A DNA stretch of 63,313 nucleotides, filler included, from Candidatus Fermentibacterota bacterium (GCA_016928395.1; 7 parts of 7 records of this genome joined end to end with filler, not necessarily neighbours in it); one strand, 5' to 3'; shown: positions 38,728 to 49,456, numbered from the whole stretch's first letter. The notes: generated from the sequence alone by a model not told the origin. Made by a program: numbers and translations.

Positions 38728-39569
38728 GCGACCCTGGTATCGCCCCCGCCCAGGACCAGGGTGGGCGTCTTCGGCTGGTTGAGGTCCATTTCAAGGGCGG
38801 CCGTGCCGCCTACTACTTGAACCCGCGCGACCTGGCGGTGTGCCCCGGCATGTTTGTCGTGGTGTCTGCAGACAAGGGAGAGGATCTTGGCCGTGTTGCC
38901 AAGACTGATGTGCTGCGCAAGGCGATGCGCAGAGGCACCATCAGGACTCTCGTCCGACTTGCCACTCCCGACGATGTGGGGTTGCTCACCAATGTGCGCG
39001 CCCGTGAAGACAGTTTCTTCAGCCTGTGCCAGGCGAGGATCAGGGCGCGAAACCTTCCCATGAAACTCGTCGATGTGGAGAGCCAGTTTGACGGCAACCG
39101 GGTGACTTTCTTCTTCACCGCGGAGACGCGGGTCGATTTCCGAACCTTGGTGCGAGATCTGGCCGATACCTTCAAGACACGGATCGAGCTTCGGCAGATC
39201 GGCGTCCGCGATCATGCCAAGCGTACCGGCGGATGCGGGTCGTGCGGGCTCCCCCTCTGCTGTACCACCTTTCTCCACGATTTCCAGCCAGTTACCCTGC
39301 GGATGGCTCGTGACCAGAGCGTGTCCCTGAGCCCTTCAAAGATCAGCGGCGTGTGTGGCCGGCTGAAATGCTGCCTCGCGTTCGAGCATTCGTCGTACGA
39401 GAGCCCCTCCCGCGTTCCCTCACCAGGTGAAAGTGTCGTACGCGATGGCGTGGAGATGACCGTCGTCACCGTGGATGAGAGCGAAGGCCTCGTCGTCGTC
39501 GTCACGCCCGACGGAGAGGAACTGAGTCTCAGCATGTCGGAGTGGGAAGAGGCGGGGCACGAACGGTAG
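38724..39569 (+). CDS. yaaT: PSP1 domain protein (YaaT/RicT)
   Basis: MKLVDVE, RVDFR.LV.DLA..FKTRIELRQIGVRD, CG..LCC, SGVCGRLKCCL. Confidence 0.95.
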   Translation: MSDPGIAPAQDQGGRLRLVEVHFKGGRAAYYLNPRDLAVCPGMFVVVSADKGEDLGRVAKTDVLRKAMRRGTIRTLVRLATPDDVGLLTNVRAREDSFFSLCQARIRARNLPMKLVDVESQFDGNRVTFFFTAETRVDFRTLVRDLADTFKTRIELRQIGVRDHAKRTGGCGSCGLPLCCTTFLHDFQPVTLRMARDQSVSLSPSKISGVCGRLKCCLAFEHSSYESPSRVPSPGESVVRDGVEMTVVTVDESEGLVVVVTPDGEELSLSMSEWEEAGHER

Positions 39570-39575
39570 CATGCC

Positions 39576-40343
39576 GTGGCACGCAGGGCTCACAGTCAAG
39601 TCTTTCTCCATGATCGGGGAGTTATCAACCGGTTCGTGTCGGCCCTTCCGGCGCCCTCGGGGAAGCCGGTACTGGAGATCGGTCCCGGATCGGGCGCCAT
39701 CACCCACTCCCTGCTGGCCGCGGGGCACCGGGTGGTCGCCGTAGAGATCGATCCATGTCTTGCCAAAGGCCTCGCCGATCTCGGCCACGCGGTTGATGTG
39801 AGGATCGGCTCGATTCTTGGCTTTCAGCCCCGCGACCTTATTCCGCCGCCGGTTGTCGTGGTGGGAGCACTTCCCTATCATCTTTCCGGCCTCATCCTTC
39901 GGTGGCTGGCTGACTGGGCGGACGACATCGCCACCGCCGCTGTGATTCTGCAAGGGGAGGTAGTGGAACGAATGGGTGCACCCCCGGGTCACCGGGCGCG
40001 AGGTCTGTTGAGCATCATCGTCCAGTCGGTCTTCGACGTGACGCCTTTGTTTCGGATCGGCTCCGGCGCATTCGTGCCACGTCCCAAGGTTGAGTCCCGG
40101 GCCGTGCTTCTCACCAGGCGGACGGACGGCCGGACTGTGGCGTCATGGGCGAGCCAATGGTCGGTAGCGCGGGGACTTTTCCAGCACCGGAGGAAGATGA
40201 TCCGAGGGATCATCGAGCACAGGTGGGGAGAGCATGCCGCGCGGCGGGCGGCGGAGGCAGGCATAGACTTGACCCTTCGGCCGGAGCGGCTAAGTTTCCT
40301 CGACTTGGAAACCCTGACTACCGCGCTCATGCCAGGAGCCTGA
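39576..40343 (+). CDS. rsmA: 16S rRNA adenine dimethyltransferase
   Basis: Q.FL.D, VLEIGPG.G..T, VEID, F.PRPKVES, F.HRRK, RPE.LS. Confidence 0.9.
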   Translation: MARRAHSQVFLHDRGVINRFVSALPAPSGKPVLEIGPGSGAITHSLLAAGHRVVAVEIDPCLAKGLADLGHAVDVRIGSILGFQPRDLIPPPVVVVGALPYHLSGLILRWLADWADDIATAAVILQGEVVERMGAPPGHRARGLLSIIVQSVFDVTPLFRIGSGAFVPRPKVESRAVLLTRRTDGRTVASWASQWSVARGLFQHRRKMIRGIIEHRWGEHAARRAAEAGIDLTLRPERLSFLDLETLTTALMPGA

Positions 40344-40414
40344 GCGTTCCCACCCACCGAGACTCTGCGGATACTGCGCTGAAGCGACACCCTAACCTGT
40401 AGCTGGATCAGACT

Positions 40415-41155
40415 ATGTGCCGTCTATCTGTAAACGTTGACCATGTGGCGACTCTGCGTGAGGCACGCAGGGCCGTGGAGCCCGATCCCGTCCACGCAGC
40501 GGTGCTCGCCGAGCTGGGCGGCGCCGACGGTATCACCGTACACCTCCGCGGCGATCAACGTCACGTCAAGCTTCGAGATCTTAGGATGCTGAAGGATACC
40601 GTGCGGACGCGACTCACACTGGAGATGGCGCCAACGCCCGAGATGGTGGCCTTGGCGGTGGCGACCTCGCCCTTTATGGTGACACTGGTTCCAGAGAACC
40701 CCGGCGAAGTTTCCACCGAAGGCGGGCTGGATCTGGCCACTCTCGGCAAAGACATAGCTCCCATCGTTGCGCCGCTTCACGACGCAGGCATCGCTCTGTG
40801 CGCGTTTGTAGACCCGGTCATCGAACAGATTCAGGCCGCGGCGGGGTTCGACATGCGCGCAGTAGAGCTGTGTACGACGAAGTTCGCGGAGAGCTCTCAG
40901 GAAAACGCCCGAAGGGAGCAGATAGACACCCTGAAGGCGGCCGCTTCATTGGCAGCGAGAAAGGGGCTACAGGTCCATGCGGGGCATGGCCTTACCTATG
41001 AGAATGTTGGTATGGTGGCCGCGATAGATGGTATTTGCGAGCTCAGCATTGGCCACAGCATTATCGCCCGTGGGGTCTTGGTGGGCATGGAGCAGGCCGT
41101 GCGCGACATGCAGAGCATCATCCGTGGCGCGTGCCAAGGACGTCGTCGTGTCTAG
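40415..41155 (+). CDS. pdxJ: Pyridoxine 5'-phosphate synthase
   Basis: LSVNVDHVATLREAR, GITVHLR.D.RH, LVPE, TEGGLD, AGHGLTY. Confidence 0.97.
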   Translation: MCRLSVNVDHVATLREARRAVEPDPVHAAVLAELGGADGITVHLRGDQRHVKLRDLRMLKDTVRTRLTLEMAPTPEMVALAVATSPFMVTLVPENPGEVSTEGGLDLATLGKDIAPIVAPLHDAGIALCAFVDPVIEQIQAAAGFDMRAVELCTTKFAESSQENARREQIDTLKAAASLAARKGLQVHAGHGLTYENVGMVAAIDGICELSIGHSIIARGVLVGMEQAVRDMQSIIRGACQGRRRV

Positions 41156-41347
41156 TGTCCCATCCCAAAACAGCCTTCGCCTTCGTCGGTCGATACATCC
41201 CGACCGCCTGTGGTGCTCACCGGTATCGCAGTGCAGTGGACAGCATGGGATGCACCCGGCCACGAAAATCGAGGTATTTCTCACACAGAACGCCAAATTC
41301 GATGGCCGCTCCCAAAGGCTGGGCGGCATCTCAGGAATGGGGTATTC

Positions 41348-42982
41348 ATGAAGAAGGGCCTTGTCTGGCGGCTAGTTGTGGTGGCTGCGGTCCTAGTGGC
41401 CGCGATCATTATCCTGATTCCGACGTTTCGGTTTTACCGGCTTTCTCCCAGTCAGCGTGAGGAAATGGCACCCAGCAGGCTCGCGCGACTGCGGGCGAAG
41501 GCGCTGCACCTGGGGCTAGATCTCCGCGGCGGCACTCATCTGGTCTTGGAAGTGGACCAACGCAACCTCACGGAGGATCAGCGTAAGGATGCCGCAGAGC
41601 GTGCCATGGAGACGATTCGGAACCGCATCGATGAATTCGGTGTGGCCGAACCAATCGTGCAACGCCAGGGGGAGAATCGCATTGTCGTCCAGCTGCCCGG
41701 CGTTGATGCAGCCCGAGCGAAGGAGTTAGTCCGGCGGACCGCCTTTCTGGAGTTTCGGCTGGTGGAGGATCCGGTCAATGTTCAGGCCGCCATCCAGCGC
41801 ATGGATGAAGTCGCCTCGCACATGGAGGTAGACCTTTCCGACGCGGCATCCCCCGAGAGACCCGAGGGTACCATCGAAGGGTTGTTTGACGAGCCCGGGG
41901 ATTCCACGGACGTACCCGGCGTCACCGCCGATATGAAGCTGAAGCACCCCTTGGCTTCGCGCATCTACATCGTGGACAATGGCGTATGTTCTGTCCCTAC
42001 AGACGAAGAACCAGTCGTGCGCCGTTTCCTGAGTGAACCGTCAGTACAGCGGGTCTTGGGCCGGGATATCGGCTTCGTGTGGGGCCAGACTTTCACCGAC
42101 GCGCGAGGCGGCTCATATCGTCATCTGTACTTGCTGAAGAGCGAGCCGAAGGTGACGGGGGAGGCGCTCTCCAACGCCCAAATGGGTGTCGATTACGACA
42201 GCGGGACCCCCGCAGTGGACTTCTTCCTCAATCGTCGCGGCGGGAGGAGATTCGGCGCCATCACCAAGGAGAATGTCGGGAAGCTCCTGGCCATCGTGCT
42301 GGACAATGTCGTCCAGTCCGCACCGCGGATCAATTCCGAAATTCGCACGAGAGGGCAGATCACCGGGTCATTCACGGAGAACGAAGCCAGGGACCTGGCC
42401 GTGGTCCTCCGCACTGGCGCTCTCCCCGCGCCGGTGATAATCAGTGAAGAGCGAACCGTTGGGCCATCGCTGGGAGAGGACTCGATACGCCGCGGACTTC
42501 GCGCGGGTCTGGTCGGGCTTGCTTTGGTCGTTGCCTTCATGCTGGTGTACTACAAGGCCGCGGGGCTTCTCGCTACCGGGGCACTCTCTTTGAACATCCT
42601 GTTGCTCATCGCCGGTTTGGCGCTCTTCGGTGCGACGCTTACCCTCCCGGGTATCGCGGGCATCGTCCTGACCATCGGTATGGCGGTTGACGCCAATGTG
42701 CTCATCTATGAACGCCTTCGAGAGGAGTTGCGGTCGGGCAAGACCGTGGCTGCATCCATCGCGGCGGGCTATTCCCGGGCATTCCTCACCATTCTCGACT
42801 CCAACGTCACGACATTGTTGACCGCGTTGATCCTCCTCCAGTTCGGCTCTGGCCCGATCAAGGGCTTCGCCGTCACGTTGTCGCTGGGCATAGTGTTCAG
42901 CATGTTCACGGCACTGTTTGTCACCAGACTGGTGTATGATCTGGTGATGAGCCGCTGGCCGCTCACCAAGCTGAGCATATAG
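41348..42982 (+). CDS. secD: Protein translocase subunit SecD
   Basis: LGLDLRGG, RIDEFGVAEP, VGPSLG, LTLPGIAG..LTIGMAVDANV. Confidence 0.98.
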   Translation: MKKGLVWRLVVVAAVLVAAIIILIPTFRFYRLSPSQREEMAPSRLARLRAKALHLGLDLRGGTHLVLEVDQRNLTEDQRKDAAERAMETIRNRIDEFGVAEPIVQRQGENRIVVQLPGVDAARAKELVRRTAFLEFRLVEDPVNVQAAIQRMDEVASHMEVDLSDAASPERPEGTIEGLFDEPGDSTDVPGVTADMKLKHPLASRIYIVDNGVCSVPTDEEPVVRRFLSEPSVQRVLGRDIGFVWGQTFTDARGGSYRHLYLLKSEPKVTGEALSNAQMGVDYDSGTPAVDFFLNRRGGRRFGAITKENVGKLLAIVLDNVVQSAPRINSEIRTRGQITGSFTENEARDLAVVLRTGALPAPVIISEERTVGPSLGEDSIRRGLRAGLVGLALVVAFMLVYYKAAGLLATGALSLNILLLIAGLALFGATLTLPGIAGIVLTIGMAVDANVLIYERLREELRSGKTVAASIAAGYSRAFLTILDSNVTTLLTALILLQFGSGPIKGFAVTLSLGIVFSMFTALFVTRLVYDLVMSRWPLTKLSI

Positions 42983-42992
42983 AGAGGCCGCG

Positions 42993-43910
42993 ATGCAGAT
43001 TTTCCAGACTACCAGAATCGACTTCGTCCGTCTTCGCCATATCGCCCTTGTCATCAGCGCTGCCGCCATCCTGGCCAGCATCACACTGCTCTCCTTGGGC
43101 AGACTGAAGATGGGAGTTGACTTTACCGGCGGGCATCTCGTGCAGGTACGCTTCGAGGGAGGCACGGTCGCTATCGGGCGCCTCCGGCAGATTCTTTTTG
43201 ATGGCGGCATCTCCAATGCGGAGGTGCAATCCTTCACCGAGGGCCTAGAGTATGTGGTACGGGCGCCCCTGGCTGAGGAGGCTGAGGGCGGGAGCGGAAC
43301 TAAACTCGAACGGGTTCTGGCCGCGGGTTTTCCTGAAGGATTTGAGATCGTACGCACAGAGGATGTTGGGCCCAAGATCGGCGCGGAGCTATCCCGAAAC
43401 GCACTCCGGGCGATTTTGTGGGCCTTAGGCCTCATTCTCGTCTACATCTCATGGCGGTTTGAGCTGCGGTTTGCCGTGGGAGCCGTCATTGCACTAGCCC
43501 ACGATGTTCTCATCACTGCCGGCGTGCTAGCGTTCACGGGCCGTGAGGTGAGTCTCTCGGTCGTGGCGGCCCTGCTCACCATCGTGGGGTACAGCCTCAA
43601 TGACACCATCGTCATCTTCGACAGAATCCGGGAGGAGCTTAGGCTTCAGCGGCGGGAGCCGCTGCCAGCCGTGATCAATGCCGGCATCAACAAGAGCCTC
43701 TCTCGCACGGTCATCACCTCAGTCACCACCCTTGTCGTGCTCCTCATGCTCTATGTGTTTGGTGGAAAGGTGATCAATGATTTCGCCTTCACCCTTCTGT
43801 TCGGCGTGCTCATCGGGACCTACTCCTCCATGTTCGTGGCCAGCCCCGTCGTGCTGGAGTGGGAACGAATCAAGCCTCGAAGCCGAAGGACAAAGAGGAC
43901 CGAATCCTGA
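42993..43910 (+). CDS. secF: Protein translocase subunit SecF
   Basis: GVDFTGG, VGPKIG.EL, HDV, GYSLNDTIVIFDRIRE, GTYSS. Confidence 0.98.
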   Translation: MQIFQTTRIDFVRLRHIALVISAAAILASITLLSLGRLKMGVDFTGGHLVQVRFEGGTVAIGRLRQILFDGGISNAEVQSFTEGLEYVVRAPLAEEAEGGSGTKLERVLAAGFPEGFEIVRTEDVGPKIGAELSRNALRAILWALGLILVYISWRFELRFAVGAVIALAHDVLITAGVLAFTGREVSLSVVAALLTIVGYSLNDTIVIFDRIREELRLQRREPLPAVINAGINKSLSRTVITSVTTLVVLLMLYVFGGKVINDFAFTLLFGVLIGTYSSMFVASPVVLEWERIKPRSRRTKRTES

Positions 43911-44341
43911 GACTGCTGGCCTCGGTGCTACTCCTGAGTCTGGCCGGGTATGCCCCGGTGAGGGCGGAATGTACGAAATGGCCCTGGCCTGATTTGGCCA
44001 AGGCACTAAGAGATGGGGATACTCGCACCATCGCATCCATGATCGGTGGTGGGCGGGTGTCCTTGAATATAGACGGTATTCCTCCCGGCAGCTACACCGC
44101 GGCCCAGGCCGGCCGGCTCTTGGGGGGGTTCTTCAAGTCAACGACGGCGCGGCGGGTGGAGTATCGTGGCTGCGGTGCGTCCGGTATGATCAGGTGGGCG
44201 GACGCCGTGCTCTTCTATCGCGTGGCAGGAAGCGCCCATCGGGTTGAGGAACGTATCTTGCTTGAGATGTGCGGCAGTGGCGAAGACGCGGTGCTGTGCG
44301 GCATGCGCAGCGCGTCACCCCCGCAGTTGAGTGCGTCCTGA
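43907..44341 (+). CDS. DUF4783-like exported protein (start uncertain, possible CTG)
   Basis: Signal-like N-terminus; AL..GD...A......V.L.I....G.Y...QA...L..FF pattern. Confidence 0.55.
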   Translation: MRLLASVLLLSLAGYAPVRAECTKWPWPDLAKALRDGDTRTIASMIGGGRVSLNIDGIPPGSYTAAQAGRLLGGFFKSTTARRVEYRGCGASGMIRWADAVLFYRVAGSAHRVEERILLEMCGSGEDAVLCGMRSASPPQLSAS

Positions 44342-44416
44342 GGGCGCAGACACACCGGCATATCGGAGGTTGCGTTGGCAGCCTAGAAGGTGCTAAGGAG
44401 GTATTGAGTGCATAGC

Positions 44417-44837
44417 ATGTCACTACGTGTTGTTCTTCTCGGCTGTGTGGCACTTCTGGCCACACCGCTTCTCAGCGATGCAGCGGATCCGGCTGCGGCC
44501 GAGCACTACAATGCAGGAGTCGCCAGTATCGAGGCGAGGGATTTTGACAAGGCTCTGGACAATTTCTCGCAGTCGTTGACCATCGACCCGGACTACGCCG
44601 AGGCACACTACGGCATGGGGCTCGCCTATCTGGGAATGGGTGACAGCGACCAGGCTTTGGCCAGCTTCACCAAGGCAGTGGCCAACGACCCGGCTCATGC
44701 CCAGGCGCATTTCAACCGGGGCAAGATCCTGTTCAACAAGGCGAGGACGGCTGAGGCGATTGACGCCTACTTTGCAGCAGTGCAGGCCAATGCCGAGTAC
44801 ACTGAGGCATATTTCGCCATGGGGACTGCTCAGAAGA
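44417..44837 (+). CDS. Exported tetratricopeptide repeat protein (3' partial)
   Basis: Signal peptide, TPR repeats (AHYGMGLAY, AHFNRG, AYFAMG); runs into the linker. Confidence 0.9.
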
Positions 44838-44937
44838 NNNNNNNNNNNNNNNNNNNNNNNNNNNNNNNNNNNNNNNNNNNNTTAATTAATTAANNNNNNN
44901 NNNNNNNNNNNNNNNNNNNNNNNNNNNNNNNNNNNNN
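44838..44937. other. Artificial contig linker
   Basis: N-run with TTAATTAATTAA. Confidence 0.99.
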
Positions 44938-45046
44938 GACAGTCGGCGACCGACGGTTGGATGCTGTTCGAGACGTGCGACTTATGTCCTGAACCTGAAA
45001 TGTTACCCATGTTCTGACTTGACCAACTGAAAACCGACGACCCGTT

Positions 45047-45285
45047 TGAGAGTACATGCAGAGCCCGTACTCGTACTCGTTCACGTACTCGTTCACGGAA
45101 CCGCATCTCTCGATACCGATAGCGATAGCGATCCTGAGTGAGGAGTGAGGAGTCAGGAGGAGCGAGCTGACGGCCGATAGCTGATAGCCACCTGCCAACC
45201 GCACTCTCAACCCTGAAAAACCTGAGGGAATCCCGTGACCTCAGAGGCCCAACTGAGAACTGAGAACTGATGACTGAGAGCTGTG
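45047..45285 (+). repeat. Dispersed repeat copy C followed by mixed 6-7-mer tandem tracts
   Basis: TGAGAGTACATGCAGAGCCCG, then (GTACTC)n, (CGATAG)n, (TGAGGAG)n, (CTGAGAA)n. Confidence 0.75.
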
Positions 45286-45373
45286 AGCCAAGCGAGGCAT
45301 TCATCCGCCCCCATGGTGTCATCATTCGATGGTCCCAAATCCTGAACCTTCTCACGATTCCAGGAGACCCCTG

Positions 45374-47752
45374 ATGCTTTCCCTTCTTCTGCTTACCCTG
45401 CTTCTCTCCACGGGCTATATGCAGCCTGACTCAGCGATCACGGCCATTGTGGATACGCCGTTGCCCCCGTGGATCACCATCTCCCCCGATTCGTCGATCT
45501 GGCTCGTGCGGACGGTGCTGCGCAACCCGCCAATCTCCCACCTTGCCATGGAGGAATTGAGGCTGGCGGGGGTCAGGTTCAACCCTGCGACGAATGCGCC
45601 CAGCAGGACCACCACGTTTGTCGGAGTCTCCCTGATGCGCGCCCCCGAAGGAAAGATGCTTCCCCTCACGGGGATGCCTTCCGAACCCCGGATCAAAAGC
45701 TATGCCTGGTCTCCGGATGGGTCCATGGCCGCCTTTACCCACGAGACTTCCCAGGGCATCGAATTGTGGCTGCTCACGACCCGCGAGGCCTCGGCTCGAC
45801 GGCTCACCGGCCCCATCATCAGCCTGGTGGCGGAGGCGTATCCCCAGTGGCTCTCCGGAGGTGACGGCATCCTCTGCGCGCTGGTGCCCGAGGGTAGGGC
45901 GGCACCCCCGACACCAGATCCCGTTCCTCAGGGACCGATGATCCAGGAGGCCTCCGGGGTGCCCTCACCGGTGCGCACCTTGCAGGATCTGCTGCGGAAC
46001 CCCCACGATGAAGCCCTGTTCGAGCATTATCTCACCACGGTCGTCGCGTTGGTGCGGCTGGACGGGACCCTGGAGTCGGTCGTCGCTCCGTGCATGGTCA
46101 CGGACTTCTCACCCTCGCCCGATGGGCGGTTTGTCTTGGTCACGACCGTGGAGCGGCCGTTCCCCTACTCGGTGACCGCGTGGAGATTCCCGGGAAGAAC
46201 CCAGGTGTGGGACTTGTCCGGGGCGGTCGTGTACGACGTGGAACGCCACGGGGTGCTGGATCGCATTCCTATCACCAGGGGGAGCGTACAGCAGGGACGA
46301 CGCACCGTGGCGTGGAGGGAAGACGCCGATGCGACGCTCTGCTGGGTTGAAGCCCTGGACGGCGGAGACGCTGGGGCCGAATCCGACCTGCGCGACAGAG
46401 TCTTCACCATGGCAGCCCCCTTCGAGAAAGACCCGTTGGTGCTGGCGGAGCTCACGAACCGGTTTTCAGGGATTGCGTGGAGCAGCGATACCCTGGCAAT
46501 CCTCTCCGAATGGTGGTGGCCCACCAGAAACATCCGGTCGTTTCGAGTGCGCCCCGGCGGCACGGAGGCGGGAAAGGAGCTTCTGCTCGACTACTCGTGG
46601 GAGGATTCCTACAATGATCCCGGCACTTTGCTGACTACCACGGATCACCGCGGCAGGGAGGTGATCTACACGACGGGAGACGCCGTGTTTTTCCGCGGCG
46701 ACGGAGCAACGCCGGAGGGAGAGCGGCCGTTTGTGGACCGGCTTGATCTCGGCACGGCGCAGAGGGAGCGGCTCTTCCAGTCATCGCCGCCGTACTTTGA
46801 ATCTCCCGCCAGATTCCTAAATCGGCAGGCAACCCTGCTTCTCCTTCGCAGGGAATCGGCCACAGAGAACCCCAACTACTATATCCGAGACCTGACATGC
46901 GGCAGCGAAACAAAGGTCACGGATTTCCCACATCCCTATCCCTGGTTCCAGGGCATGCATAAGGAGATCATCACCTACACCCGGGGCGACAGGCTGCCAC
47001 TCTCCGCGACCCTGTACCTGCCTCCCGGCTACCGCCGTGAGAATGGCCCGCTGCCCATGGCGATGTGGGCGTATCCCCGGGAATTCGTATCCGCCGACGC
47101 CGCGGGGCAAGTCTCCGGATCACCCCACCGTTTCGACTACATCGGCTGGTGGTCCCCGCTGATCTGGCTCCTCCAGGGTTTCGCGGTATTGGATGACCCC
47201 GCCATGCCCATCGTGAGCAGGAATGGCGAGCTCCCCAACGAGAGCTTCGTGGAGCAGCTCTCCCAGAGCGCGGAAGCGGCGGTGAACACGGTGGTGGAGA
47301 TGGGCGTGGCGGATCGGGAGAAGATCGCCATAGGCGGTCACTCGTACGGCGCCTTCATGACTGCCAGCTTGCTGGCCCACACCGACCTGTTCGCCGCGGG
47401 TCTGGCGCGTACCGGCGCCTACAACCGAACATTAACCCCCTTCGGCTTCCAGTCGGAGGATCGCAATCTCTGGGCGGCAAAGGATACCTACATCGAGATG
47501 TCACCCTTTATGTATGCCGATGGCATTCGTGAGCCCCTGTTGCTCATCCATGGCGAAGCCGATGATAACCCCGGCACCTTTCCCATGCAGAGCGAGCGGC
47601 TGTTCTCGGCCATCAATGGTCTCGGAGGTATCGCGCGGCTGGTGATGCTGCCCCTGGAGGATCACTCATACCGGGCAAGGGAATCCATCCTGCATGTGCT
47701 CTGGGAGACTCAGGAATGGCTTGATCGGCACGTGAAGCACCGGGGCGAGTGA
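45374..47752 (+). CDS. S9 family (prolyl oligopeptidase-like, glutamyl endopeptidase type) serine peptidase
   Basis: Signal peptide, LRLAGVRFNP, GGHSYGAFM nucleophile motif, GAYNRTLTPFGFQ, HGEADDN, LP.E.H.Y. Confidence 0.96.
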   Translation: MLSLLLLTLLLSTGYMQPDSAITAIVDTPLPPWITISPDSSIWLVRTVLRNPPISHLAMEELRLAGVRFNPATNAPSRTTTFVGVSLMRAPEGKMLPLTGMPSEPRIKSYAWSPDGSMAAFTHETSQGIELWLLTTREASARRLTGPIISLVAEAYPQWLSGGDGILCALVPEGRAAPPTPDPVPQGPMIQEASGVPSPVRTLQDLLRNPHDEALFEHYLTTVVALVRLDGTLESVVAPCMVTDFSPSPDGRFVLVTTVERPFPYSVTAWRFPGRTQVWDLSGAVVYDVERHGVLDRIPITRGSVQQGRRTVAWREDADATLCWVEALDGGDAGAESDLRDRVFTMAAPFEKDPLVLAELTNRFSGIAWSSDTLAILSEWWWPTRNIRSFRVRPGGTEAGKELLLDYSWEDSYNDPGTLLTTTDHRGREVIYTTGDAVFFRGDGATPEGERPFVDRLDLGTAQRERLFQSSPPYFESPARFLNRQATLLLLRRESATENPNYYIRDLTCGSETKVTDFPHPYPWFQGMHKEIITYTRGDRLPLSATLYLPPGYRRENGPLPMAMWAYPREFVSADAAGQVSGSPHRFDYIGWWSPLIWLLQGFAVLDDPAMPIVSRNGELPNESFVEQLSQSAEAAVNTVVEMGVADREKIAIGGHSYGAFMTASLLAHTDLFAAGLARTGAYNRTLTPFGFQSEDRNLWAAKDTYIEMSPFMYADGIREPLLLIHGEADDNPGTFPMQSERLFSAINGLGGIARLVMLPLEDHSYRARESILHVLWETQEWLDRHVKHRGE

Positions 47753-48077
47753 CCTGCACGAAGGGGAGTATGGTCAGGAGCCTCGGTTCGTGTCTGCCGT
47801 CTCCACGGCGGTAGCCGCGGCGCTCTGCGCCGTGCATCCCGGGGCGAGGTTCGGGGCCGGTCTCGATATTGTTGTCGCATTCGTACTGGACGAGCCTGGC
47901 TTGTGAGCCCGACCCTCTCGTGTTCTCTCGAGGAGGACGCTTATGATGGGCCGACTTCCCTAAAGGCGATCGCCTTCCGTAGCCCGGCAATTCTGAATTC
48001 TGACTGGCCGAACACGCAACTTTGCTCTTCGAATTCACTTTCTTCTGTCCCCGGAGCCACACAAGGAGGGATCACCC

Positions 48078-48869
48078 ATGAATCACCGGGATGTCGGCAG
48101 GTGCTGGGACGGCAATGCCGATGCATGGACGACGCTGGCGCGTGCCGGCTACGATGTCTACCGCGACTCGTTCAATACGCCAGGTTTCTTAGCGATGCTC
48201 CCCGATGTCACGGGTCTTCGCGGGCTCGACATCGGATGTGGCGAGGGCCACAATACCCGGCTCCTGGCCTCCCGCGGCGCGCGGGTGACCGCGCTGGACA
48301 TCGCGGGCCGGTTTGTTCGTCATGCCCACGAAGCCGAGAGAGCCGGACCGTTGGGCATCTCATTTCTGAGGGCCAGCGCCGTGGAGCTTCCCTTCCCTGA
48401 CGCCGTCTTCGATTTCGCCACAGGCTTCATGAGCTTCATGGACATCCCCGAAACAGGCCGAGTGCTGGCGGAGGCGCATCGGGTCTTGAGGCCGGGAGGC
48501 TTCCTGCAGTTCTCCCTCACCCACCCCTGCTTTGTCGATACCCCGCACCGTCGCAACTTGCGGGATGAGAATGGGGTCACCTACGCCATCGAGGTCGGCG
48601 ACTACTTCAGGAATCTGGAGGGCGAAATCGAGCGCTGGGTCTTCAGGGACGCGCCGGCCGATGCGACGGCGGGGCTTGCCCCCTTCGAGATCCCCCGTTT
48701 CAACCGCACCATCAGCCAGTGGTTGAACCTGCTGATCGACAGCGGGTTTGTGCTGGAGCGGGCAGAGGAACCCCGACCTTCAGACGATGTCGTTCGCTTG
48801 TACCCCGCCGTCCAGGATGCCCAGGTCGTCGCCTACTATCTGCACATCCGGGTGCGGAAGCCGGCTTAG
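48078..48869 (+). CDS. Class I SAM-dependent methyltransferase
   Basis: LDIGCGEG, LPFPD..FD, RVLRPGG, HPCF; RBS AAGGAGG. Confidence 0.95.
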   Translation: MNHRDVGRCWDGNADAWTTLARAGYDVYRDSFNTPGFLAMLPDVTGLRGLDIGCGEGHNTRLLASRGARVTALDIAGRFVRHAHEAERAGPLGISFLRASAVELPFPDAVFDFATGFMSFMDIPETGRVLAEAHRVLRPGGFLQFSLTHPCFVDTPHRRNLRDENGVTYAIEVGDYFRNLEGEIERWVFRDAPADATAGLAPFEIPRFNRTISQWLNLLIDSGFVLERAEEPRPSDDVVRLYPAVQDAQVVAYYLHIRVRKPA

Positions 48870-48883
48870 GAAGGCGGGTTTCG

Positions 48884-49000
48884 TTACACCCGCCACCACG
48901 TCTCTCCGTAGATCGAGTGGCGCGGCCCAACCGCCACGATCTCGATCATGGCTCTGGAGACTCGATAGACAATCCGGAAACGCCCAATCCGGCAGCTTTC
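48884..49000 (-). pseudogene. RelE/ParE toxin C-terminal remnant
   Basis: The minus strand reads ESCRIGRFRIVYRVSRAMIEIVAVGPRHSIYGETWWRV*. No matching N-terminus or antitoxin is present. Confidence 0.7.
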
Positions 49001-49427
49001 CGACGCCCTCGCCGGCGGTCCGCCGTGATGAGCATGCCCGTCACGCACGGGTCAACCGGTGATTCGGCCGCCAGGTTCGCCTGCCGAGCAGGGTCACTTG
49101 GCGACTGACACCGACCCGGTTTCTTCAGCCACAGCCACATCTGCGAACCACCTTCGTCGGGGAACGCCATGGCCGACCTGCTTGAACCGCTCTTCAGCGC
49201 CGACATCCTTCCTGCCCCCCTCGGCACCTTCACCCCTGCGCTGAGTTCGGCGCAGGCGGCCGGTTGTGATGCGGCGTCTGTCCCGAGTGCTGGCCCGGCA
49301 TGTGGACATCGTGAGCCGGTCGATTCGTGGCACGACCGAAACCGAACCGCGCCTGGCGACCGGCAGGCGTATCACCCACGTTCTGCACCAATGGCCCGGC
49401 CCAGATGGCTTCCCTGTACCTATTCCC

Positions 49428-49456
49428 TTGACACACACCGCGCGCCCGGCAATACT
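49428..49456 (+). promoter_or_regulatory. Putative sigma70 promoter of the abi locus
   Basis: TTGACA-17 nt-AATACT. Confidence 0.6.

Noticed and set aside
45060-45285. Short tandem repeats as a CRISPR array
   Set aside because: These are 6-8-nt low-complexity units without unique spacers, and no cas genes are present.
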